DNA of 64,000 nucleotides, taken from assembly GCF_036588685.1 (NCBI RefSeq), contig NC_086373.1:42098001-42162000 (forward strand), given 5' to 3'. The notes under the pieces were generated by a model, which searched no databases, was not told the origin of the DNA, and saw only the letters and a program-made list of their open reading frames with translations. Every line of letters starts with the position of its first letter. Within the stretch, counting starts at the first letter, position 1. A program made the position numbers and the translations under genes. Of this stretch, positions 40,201-52,200 are shown piece by piece. This stretch comes from Mytilus trossulus. Lineage: Eukaryota.

Positions 40201-43200
40201 TTTATCATCGTCATTTGTGCGTTTAGGGGCGTCGTCACTTCCTTCCAATGTTGAGCGAGTGGTTGGAAAACTATAATTCTATATTGTACGAATAATTCGG
40301 CAAATTGAATTCTCAAAATTGACAATCAACACTGCTGTCATTAGGGAAATGTCAGTAAGTACCTACAGAGCAACCATTATTTCTAGTTTATCCTGCACAA
40401 AGACGATCACTAAGACGCTTGATGAACGTAAATAGTGCAGGGATACAGGCGAGCCCCTCTATCTGGTAAATGACGTCATAAAGGCGTGTATAATTGACGA
40501 GTTTTTGCCGGTGACGGATGAACTCGAAAGTGGTATATTAAAACTGAATATGATGCCTGAGGCATCGTAAACGTATTAGATTGAATAATTGGCAACAATA
40601 ATTTGCTTATTTAATACTGCAGTGCTTACTTTAACGTCTTGGAATTGTGATATTATAAATTGCTTTTTAACTTATTGGCTTTTTTATTTACTTAAATATG
40701 ATATAGTTCATAGGTGATTTTAAAGTTTCGTTTACTAAATAAATAGTTATTTTATATGCAAATTAATTTGTTTTAAGAAAAACTTACTAAGCATATTTGT
40801 GTTGTTGAAAATAAAATAAAATGATGTTGTAGAAAGTAAAGAATCACGATACACCACGGAAAGCTTCAGTGGTAAGACAAATAATACACCCACTCGCACC
40901 CATCACATTACGAATTCAGTGTTTGATTACAACTTAAATGTTTGTTTTAATTTCTATTTGTTCCTTTAAACATGTTAAATGCACTTATTTTTAAAATCAT
41001 TTGTGCCAATAAAAACCCGTAAGAATAATGTTTTTTTTATAAAATGCGAAAATAGAGTAAGTGTCAACGAAAAGGTTACCCATCAACACACTTTCACTAC
41101 ATTATTTCGCACTTGACCAGTCGTTTTTTTGTGTTATTACATGTCATAATTCGAAGTTCATTTTTAAAGGGATTTTGAGTGAATCTAACAGAAGGCAAAG
41201 ATTAAGTCACGTCAAAAATTAGAAACCACAAAGAGAGAGTTAAAAATAACTTCAAGTTAATTTGGACAGGCAAATTGACCTAGAGGCGAGTGGCTATTTG
41301 TTTTTGAAAACTTATCCCTTAACCTATTTATTTGGAATACGAATGCACACTGAAAACATTAAAACAAACAGGAGCAATAACATTTAAAAGACAAAACTCT
41401 GTTAGTTCAATTAAACTGATCGGAGAATAAATAAACACAATAAAGTAAAAAAAAAAACAAAAAAAAAACACATGTGTATTGAAAATAACAAACGATCTTT
41501 TTTTAACAGGTGATAGTGTTTTTTTTTTATTTCTATTGATATATAATATGCACTACAGGGTAACCTAAAACACACAAAAAGAGTGTCTAATTGATGTATA
41601 CACTACATTATCTTTGGTCTTTTTTGATAACATACGTCTTGACTTGTATCGTTTGAAATTCTGCAATTAATTATATTATTACTAGTATTTGATGTCATAA
41701 TATATTTTGTCACTTGATTATCCAAAATATTTTGACAATTATATGAATAAGATTGTGGTCCTTTTTACAAAAAATATGAAGCTGTAATTAAAAAAAACAA
41801 ACATTTATCGGAATATTTGAAGTAAAAAAAAACTGTATTTAGCAACATTATAAACCTGTACCAAATCAGGGAAATGACCATTGTTATATCATCGTTCGTT
41901 TTTGTGTGTGTAACATTTTAACGTTGTGTTTCTGTTGTGTCGTAGTTTTCCTCTTATATTTGATTCGTTCCCTCCGTTTTAGTTTGTAACTCGGATTTGG
42001 GTTTTTTTTCTCAATCGATTTATGAATTTCGAATAGCGGTATACTTCTGATGTCTTTATTCATAAAACATACACCTGCTAAATAAACATATATGTATGTA
42101 AACTTTTAGAATAAACCAGAGACAAATACCCCACACAAGACCTTGGTATGAATTTTGAGAGTTAACATTCACTCCTCTGTTTGAGAAATCACCATAATCT
42201 ACGTTTGGTACTATTTTTATCGCACATCATAATCTACGTTTGATACTATTTTTATCAAACATGAAGTATTTGTACACTATGAGTTTAACCCTCATACATC
42301 TTCGTCTTCCTTAGTTGTATTAAAATATTTATGTTAAATAGACCACATAATGTCTTGAATAATAGTAAAGCAAGTAATTTAGGAAAGTTGTTGATATCGA
42401 CATGAATTACAGTGTCGTGTTGTGGCCTTTTATTGCCGACTATACGGTACGGGTTTCCTCATTTATGAAGGCCAATTGAGTGCCTTTAGTTTATTGCATT
42501 AATTTCATTTGAATTTTAGTGGATAGTCGTCCATTTTCAGTAATAGCACATCGCATTTTTGTTATAACCTAGATTAAATAATTCCATTGTATCTTATGAT
42601 CTCTTGTATTTTACCATATATGTTTTACTCATTTACAACGTATATAGTTTGTTCTGGCTATTTTATTTTCCAGTCGATACTGTGTTATTCCCTTCACTGA
42701 AATTATATTTAGATTTTGCCCCACGGAAATCTGGTACTAGATTTAATTTCAAATATACAATCAGATTCAAACATTGTTGTATTTATATGGTCGAGATCAT
42801 TCTGTTGCATTTTTATAAATCGCAACAATAGTTAAAGCATTTTTTTGTCAACAGATGGCACTGCCAAGAGAATAATTAGGCGTTACGCCGCACTTCTATT
42901 AAAAATTGGAACATCAAATAAATGATATATATACTAATATTTTAAAACAACTTAAGCTTATGATTTAGCTTGTTTTCAATAGAATTTGTTTTGTTTAATT
43001 TTGTATATTTTTTTTATTGAACGGATTGTTTGAGTTTTCTGTTATTTTAATTTTCATTGATTGTCTTCTTCGAGTAGTTAATTAAGTCAGTTTTAATGTT
43101 TTCCTGTTGTTTTGCTCATATGAGTATGTTTAGTTTAAAATAAAACTATATTTTAGGAAGCACTCAAGCGTGCAGTTCGTGTAAGTTGGGTTTGTTTTGC

Positions 43201-46200
43201 ATGTCATTGTATTGGTAACTGATGTTTGCCGTATTTATGCATTACTGATAACTACGTATGCGCTCATAGATTTTGTGACTCTTGAAAATGTTGCTTTAAC
43301 CATTTCATGCAACAGCGTAATCGACATTTTTGTCAACTAAAAGTATTGACAACCGTAGTTTTTACTTCTGTTTCAGCAAGAGAGAAACACATGATGAAAT
43401 GAAATAAAAAAAACTTTGATTTGGTCTAATGAATCATATGAGTCTTTATCGAGAAAAAACAATATGACTGTTAATCGTCGATTAAAAGAGGTTTTTTTAT
43501 ATAAAATTCAAATAAGTAATGGCTGTTCTTCAGTTAATTTTATCGTGTGGTTTTTTTATTTTGTTTTTTATCTAATTATTTTATTTATCAGATTTCACCT
43601 TTACTTTTTTGTTTATCATAACATAAGTGGAATGAAAGTATATTTGTTTGTTATGATTTCTTGATATTGTTTTCAGAGTGATCAATATTGTTTGTGTGTA
43701 CTAATGCGTAAAAGACAAAAACAATTTGGATATACGAACTGAAATGTACCAATGCTCTGATTTATTTTTACAATAATTGAAGTTAAATTTAGTAAGGTAC
43801 GAGAAAAGAAATACATAAATACAATCTACAACTTTCATTATTATTTAGGACGAACCTCCTGCGCCAGTTGTAGACCCTGTAAAAGAGGTAAAATGAAACT
43901 CATCCTTCTTGTAACGGTCTCCTATTATCTCACATATCTTGCTTTTAGCACAATAATATATCCAATCATATCCTTTTTCCGTATTATATCAACAACGATT
44001 TTATTTTAGTTCTGCAGATGGTGTTTCTCGGTAGCATTTTTTACTCACTAGGAAAGTTTTCTGTGCACAATATTCTATAATTTCACTTAACTTTATATTA
44101 CTTGATCCGCAATAAATGATATAAAATAAAATGGCATTAAAACCCTATGATAACATAGCAGTATTATAATTCAGGAACAAGTGCACTAAAAAAATCAAGA
44201 ATGTTTTTACTACCACTGACCGCTACTGGTTGACAATAGTTATTCGTTCATTGCTGTAAATTTAGTATTGACCTCATTCAAATGATACGTTTTGTCTACA
44301 AATTTCCGGTTTATAACACTTTTGACTTTCATTAACTAGATTTTGTTGTGATTTTAAGCCTGTTAGCTTTTTGTAATGTTCAACATTTGATATATTATTT
44401 TTTCCAAACTTTTGAACTTGAGCGTACCTGGTGAATTCTATTTTAGAAACAAATTTGATCTTTACTGAAATAATGACATGTGTGTTTGAGAGTACAGCTG
44501 TAATTTATAGGTCTATTAAGTATCTTTCAAAATTAAAACAAATGTTTAATATCACGATGGATTTGAATTAAAGTCGTGTTTATAGCGGATGAGAATGTTA
44601 TACCATTGAAGCATCGACTTAACAATACCCAATCGGTTAATAATTATATTTACTGTTATACTGTTTAGTGCTTTTGCATACATTCTTTCAAATGCATAGT
44701 TACAATTTCTATAATATTATACAATTAACTTATTTTTTCCTCATGTATATCATAGAAAACTCAATTGATGCACCAGGTAAGGACTTTTCAGTCTACTTAA
44801 TACATGTTGTTCGATGTTGTTCACAATTTACTTATTCTTAAATCAAATCGATATACCCGTTACACAGATATGTTGTCTTAATTTTTTTAAGTTTTCGAGT
44901 GAACTAACTGTGGCAAAATGATTAAACGTTTGCATAACGAAAGTGATGACATGTTTTGCTTTTCTTTTAAAAAGCAACCTTGTCAAAATGCATATTTAAC
45001 ATAACTCTTGAACTTGGGTTTGCAGTAATCGTTACACAGACTAATCTAAACTAACGTATTTTCTTTCATGTCATCATATAGCACAAATCTAATTAAGATT
45101 AGTTCTACGCACTTGCTCCTCGTTGTTTGAATGTCGCGCTCCCATGCGCGACATATAAACAACGAGGACCAAGGACAGAGAACTAATTATAATTAGGTTG
45201 CATATAGCACCCAAATGTCACGATAACAAAAAATATATTACGTATTTGCCACTTTGCTTGTGATGAAAATTAGAGCTGTAGCAAATGAAATAGTCATAAG
45301 TTTCGTAATATTTTACCGATTTTTTCAAACTAATTTCGGAAGATTGATTTGTTCATTGAAATTGAAGGAAAATGTTATAACGTTCATTACAGCTATAAAT
45401 TCTTTTAAATTTTAAATTCTATAAGCAATTATATAGATTTCTATTTTTTATAAACTTCTTTCTAGTATATGTAATATTTTTTTTCAGCTATAACATAGAT
45501 TAATTGACAAATAAAACAGTGGTAACATGCGTATTGTAAATGAAATAAAATCACCATACCATCATACAAATTTTATCCTTGTGACTAATATTATATACTT
45601 TTATTGTATTGATTCACTATCGGAATACCAAGGTTACTGACGATCATACTTTTATTTTCGGTGTAACTGTTTATTTGTTTGTCGTTCGTTGCTAAAATTT
45701 GTATAAGGTTTTATTTATGAAAAATGAATGGCTGATATTATTATCTTATGAATTGAAATCTGATGGTATGTTGATCGAAATCTTCGCATATCATTTTGTT
45801 AAGTTAGGTTTTGGTTTGATTTTAATGCACATCAACATGTATTATGAGCCACTGTTAACTGTACGTATCTAACTGCCGAGTTTTGACTAATTTGGTATTG
45901 CTTAATCTTAGTATTCAATAATCTGTTTTGGTAAACCACTGTTTTGTTTTTGTTTCCTACTGTTGTTATGTACAATCATTTGATATATTACTAGATCGTT
46001 AGCGGTGCTCTGTGGTTTTTAGTAGAGTTTTTTTTTTATTTTGTGTTTTGATCACCATTGTTTGTCTTTCAACCTTTAATCATTTTTCCAGTTTTGCTAT
46101 TGCGTTAAATTTGTCTTTTTATTTTTGACATATAATTTTGAATGTCTCTTTAGTATCTTTCGCCTCCTTTTATAGTATTTTGCAAAACATAAGTAAAAAA

Positions 46201-49200
46201 GTGACAGAAACTACTCTGTATAAAAGTATATTTTAAAAATAAATTATCTTACCAGTGAATATAGATTTTCTCCATTGGTTCTAACGGTACAATTTAATAG
46301 GTTTAATGCGGGTTATAAATAAACTCATCATAGATACCAGGGCTAAATTTTGGATAAACGATTGACATGAAAATAAACTCATCATAGATATCAGGACTAA
46401 ATTTAGTATATACGCCAGACGCGCGTTTCGTCTACAAAAGACTCATCAGTGACGCTCGAATCCAAAACAGTTAAAAAGGCCAAATAAAGTACGAAGTTGA
46501 AGAAAAGTTTACTTAATTTTTGTTTTCTTTTGAAATAATAGCCAATTAAAAAACAGCCTACGGTTACTACTTTGAAAGAAGATGAAGACGATGAAGATGA
46601 TGAAGAAGATGATATATTGGATGATCCTGATTTGGATGTGAATAAGCCAAACGAGGTAAAGATATATTTTGTTAAAAACCATTCTATTGCAATTAAGATT
46701 AAGCAGCTACATAGTTTCTCGAAAAGGAGACATATTTGTTATATTGTCATTGTGTTATATGTAATAAGAAACGCATGGTCGATGCTGGTGCTATTGAACT
46801 GTTAGCATCCGGGAGTATCATTACTCAAGTAGTCAATGGATGCCCGCTGGTATGGATAAAAAGCTAACTGCACAAGTGTTCAGTTGATAAAAACTACCAT
46901 TCCAATTCTCGTAGGGAAAGTTGACCCGAGATGGTTTGGGCTATTTGTTGGATCTCTTGGCTCTCATTTCTTTTTATTAAAACCGTTGCTGACGAAAATC
47001 AATCTTAAAAAAGATATCGGTATAAGAAAAGTATAAAAACTATTCCCCATTGCATGTTTGAGTTTTATGTTAATGCATGCATTTCCTTTTTTTCTTCATA
47101 AAGTGTCTTTGTTTTAACAGTGATATATATGTGTTTTTGTTCTGTCTGCTTTAGCTTGGATTGTATCCATTACACCAGGCAATACTACGCACAGATCCAG
47201 CAACAAGAAATAGACTCGTTTCTAACATTTTGGACCGCGGAGCTGACGTCAGTGCAAGAGCTCTAGATGTAAGCATGCAACTCATTATGTTTAGTAAATT
47301 AAGTGTAAAAAGAAAGTACATTTGTATGTTATTTTCAAAAAAAATTGCGTTCTTTCGGTATTTTTTTGGGAATCACTTTTTTTCAACTTGCCACCATATA
47401 GAGCTTGTCAAAGTATATATACATTTGTTTTCTTATGAGAAATTAAGTATAAAAACATACAGTCGTTTTGGTTTGTTTTTGTTTTTGTCACTGTATTTAT
47501 GTGATATGATATCCTTCATCCAAACAGATTAATCAGCAATTATACTGGAAATGTAGTCTATACACATTAATTGTATTTGTCTTAATATTGACATATCAAT
47601 ATTGAAGTATGTAGACTAATATACTGTAATGGAAATTCAAAAAAAGAGAGAAAAGATTTTTTTTTATTTATATCACTTGTTGAAAAATTAAAACTTTTAG
47701 ATTTGATTCACTAGGTTCAAATTCGGACAGATTAAAGAGGTAATAAGTATCCATTTCCTATTTCCGTCAGGACAAAATCATTCCTTATTTTAAACATCAT
47801 CCATAAGATTGTAAATTTTATTAAAATGTGTATTTGACTCAAATAATGGTGAAGCTGGTTGTTTTGTTATAAAAACTTATATTTTCCTTATTTGTATTTA
47901 TAATTACAATAATTACATGCATTATATAGAGTGAGGAACATGATGAGGTGAGAATATACATATGACCTTGGTGTTGGTCTTATTATTATTGCTATTAATG
48001 TCTAGCTTAGATTTTCGTAATTAGACTGCTGTATAAATTCTTATGCTTGTAGTATATTCTGTATACATTTATCTTTAAGCATGTTCATGTTTTGCATAAA
48101 CTATCTTTTACAACTTAGACGCAGTCGCTTTTCCATTCCAAGGCTTGATCGATATTGTAAAAAGTATTTTTTATTTAGTTACTTGCGTTTTCACTTTTAT
48201 AGAATACTTTATGCTCTTCAACTTTGTACTCGGTTGGCTTTATAACTATTTTGATCTGAGCGTCACTGATGAGTGTTTATGTAGACGCGTCTAGCGAATA
48301 ATTAATAATCATGGTACCTTTGATGACTATTTTCACCACTAGGTCGATCCCGCTGCTGGTGCACGTTTCGTCCTTGAGGGAACACCAGCCCAGTATTCAG
48401 CACTTCAATGTTGACATGAATATCAATTATATGGTCATTTATATAAATTTCCTGTTACAAAACTTTGAATTTTACGAAAAACTAAGGATTTTCTTATCCC
48501 AGCAATATATTACCGAATTTGGCATAACTTTTTGGAATTTTGGGTCCTCAATGCTCTGCAACTTTGTACTTGTTTGGCTTATAATATTTTGATTTGAGCG
48601 TCACTGATTAGTCTCATGTAGACGAAACGCGCGTCTGGTGTATCAAATTATAATTTTGGTACATTTGATAACTAATTAGATCGTGCAGTGAATATATAAA
48701 TACACAGCCGCACCCGGCCTTATTTACATGTTTAGTGTTTCAAGGATTGTTGGTACTTTTCTTGTTCGGATCTAAAATTAAAATAACGTCACATAATTTG
48801 TTGAATATACACTTTAAAGGAGGAACCAACCTCAACGTTTTGTTGAACGCTTTAAAAAAAATATATTACTCAGAAAGTTTTAGATTCTGAGAAGGAGGTT
48901 AACTTAAAGATAAATGTGTGATTAATGACAACGAAGTAACAGTTAATGTAATATAACTGGGTTGATACGGGCTGATAATCTCAGAGGATATCATAAGCTC
49001 AGTATTCACGGCTACATGGGTTATAATAAACTTGTCATTTTTTCTGAAATGATAGATTAAAAAACAATATTTCAGAAACTAAGGTTTCAACTCTCTAAGC
49101 TGATTTGACTATTCTGTTTTGATAATGTTTTATATAGCTTTTCGTGTGTTAAGTGTTAATACATACATCATTGATTTTCAATTATTTTGGTTAGAGCACT

Positions 49201-52200
49201 CCTAGTAAAAAAGAGAAACAGAACTGCTTCGTAGCACGAATATAATTTTATAAGTGAACAGTTTTGCGCGGCGTAATAGTTCTTTAAGCTTCTTGTCTTT
49301 ATTTGGACCTGAGATCACCCCCAGTGTTTAGTTTCATGTTGCTCATTCATTAGTTTTCTATGTAGTGTTTTGTGTACTTTAGTTTCAATCTAATTAAAAT
49401 ATTGATCTCTGATTACACCGTGTAGAACGCCACATGCGGGGTGTCGGCTATGTATGACATGGGGTGGCAATTTTGAAGCGACGAAAAAGTAACAAGGTAA
49501 GTTTAAGCATAAAAAATTCTTATTTTAAGAACTCTCAGTACCATATAATGTTTTGCACGGAAGGAACAGCAACATAATCTATTTCCTGAAAGCAGAAGCA
49601 GTCGTTTACAGTGCTTAGTTTTCTCAAACACCTCGCCCTAGTTTTCCGTGTTGCAGATTTTGAGGCTTTATATGCAAATTTCTGTATAAAAAACTACTTT
49701 ATACAACTACCCTCCGTATGATTTATATAGAATTGTATTCCTCTCATGGACTTCTACCAAATATCAGTTTCTTAGTTAAAATTAATTGGTTTTAAAACTA
49801 TTATTCATCAAAATTTAAAGTGTCGCTCGGGGTGTCAGATTTTGCATCTCTGGGGGTAGAGGCTTGTCATAAAAATAGAATACATTTTCTTATAAATCAG
49901 TCTCTATCTGATATTTTTTTAATCAAACACACCCACACTGTTATGATGACAAATTACAAACTTAAGGTGTGTCATTTGGTCCATATTTAAAGTCTTTTAA
50001 GTAGAAGTCTGACTAAAACACGTCCTCATCTAAAATTAAAAATTCTCATATGCCACTTAAGTCATGTTTGTGTGAAAAGGCTACATCGTTTGGGATTACT
50101 TATATATTTCGCGTCAATAGTCACTGTATAGCATTACTAATATTTGTGGTCTTTTTTTTGTAAATGCGAATCAACAATTTCATCATTTTATCATAAACCT
50201 TTTTCATAGGATGCTAGAATAAACTATTTCAACACCCAGGAAAAAGTTAGAGAAAATAAACCTTTCATGCTGCATTTTTGTTATACTTTTATCCCATTTC
50301 TGAAATATATACATGACATAGTATTTACCCATCTTTATTTCAGACGTTTTAAAGAAAACCTGATGTATGCTAAAACCCCACTCTATGTGTATACAAGAAT
50401 TTGTCAGGCCTGTTTGTCAGCATACAGACCTGGTGTATTATAAACTCTCACTCTTTGCATATACCAGTACTTGTCAGGTATGTGTGCTAGCATACCGGCC
50501 TGGTGTATGCCATACTCTCATTTTATGCATTTACTAGTATTTGTCAGGTCTGTATGCTAGAATACCGACCTGGTGTATGCTAAACTTGCCCTCTATGCAT
50601 ATACTAGTATTTGTTAGGTCTGTATGCCAGCATACCGACCTGGTGTATGCTAAACTCTCACTCTAGGCATATACTAGTATTTGTCAGGTCAAGAAGGGCG
50701 AAATATACCAGAGGAACAGTCGAACTCATAAATCGTTAATAAACTGACAACACCATGGCATGAAAAAGACAAGCAGACAAATTTCATCTGTGGAACGTTT
50801 ATTCCATAACGGTCAACAAACTCGTGATGGCGCCCTTAAAATTTACACAGGATGATTTCAACTTCACCATTTGAAAATCTTGGTTATAAATTGATGGAGA
50901 AAAAATAAACTGTTTTAAAATCTGATATAGCTGGCATTATGCATACTAAATAGATAGTGAAACCGCATTTTTTAAAGTTGTTGTGTTTGCATTCTGCCTG
51001 TCAACATATTGTATGCCAAAGTTATTGTTTGTTTTTTGTTAAATGCTTTTAGGGGGATGTCTGTATTACCAAACATGCATACATGTATTTTAATTATCGG
51101 TAATTTAAACAATTTGAAATGATCTGTCTTCACTGCATATCATAAGTCGATATCAAACTGAACTAGCTTAGATATGAAAATAAGTTAATTTATAGCATTA
51201 TACTATAGTAACAATTGTGTATAATGGCATATACACTGGAGTTGTAAAAAACAGATCCTTCATTCAGGAGAGCCAAAGAATTGATGCCTTTTCTATTTGT
51301 CGCCCTTTTTAGTGAAGCCTGGATGATGATGTATACATTATTAGCCGGAACAGCAAAAAATCTGGTGTTGTTCATTGGTGTAATAGTTTTCTAGGAGGGC
51401 ATTAGTTTAACCTAGCCAGTCACTGAGACGTGTCACAAGTAAATTAATAAGCAACACATAAATAGTAACACGAAATGTATAGCCAATGTTTGAAAAATGT
51501 TAAAACGAGAAATGGAAACTACATATCATACATATATATGTGTGAGTGAATATTATACACTTCACAATTCATTAACATTGAAGTGGCGTAGTCAACTACC
51601 TCAAAGACCTATAAACGCGAAATATATTAGTCATCCCAAACGATGAAGCCTTTTCACACACACATGAGTTAAGTGGCATATGAGAATTTTTAATTTTAGA
51701 TAAGAACGTGTTTTAGCCAGACTTCTACTTAAAAGACTACAATATGGACCAAATGACACACCTTAAGTTTGTAATTTGTCATCATAACAGTGTGGATGTG
51801 TTTGATTAAAAAAGGATCAGATAGAGACTGATTTTTAAGAAAATGTATTCTATTTTTATGACAAGCCTCTACCCCTTGAGATGCAAAATCTGACACCCCG
51901 AGCGACACTTTATATTTTGATGAATAATTGTTTTAAAACCAATTAATTTTAACTAAGAAACTGATATTTGGTAGAAGTCCATGAGAAGAATACAATTCTA
52001 TATAAATAATACAGATGTTAGTTGTATAAAGTAGTTTTTTATACAGATATTTGCATATAAAGCCTCAAAATCAGCAACACGGAAAACAAGGGCGAGGTGT
52101 TTGAGAAAACTGAGCACTGTAAACGACTGCTTCTGCTTTCAGGAAATAGATTATGGTGCGGTTCCTTCCGTGCAAAACATTATATGGTACTTAGAGTTCT

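Noticed and set aside
47731-47739. 9-nt candidate exon IKE
   Set aside because: No pyrimidine tract and a weak donor (gtaata).
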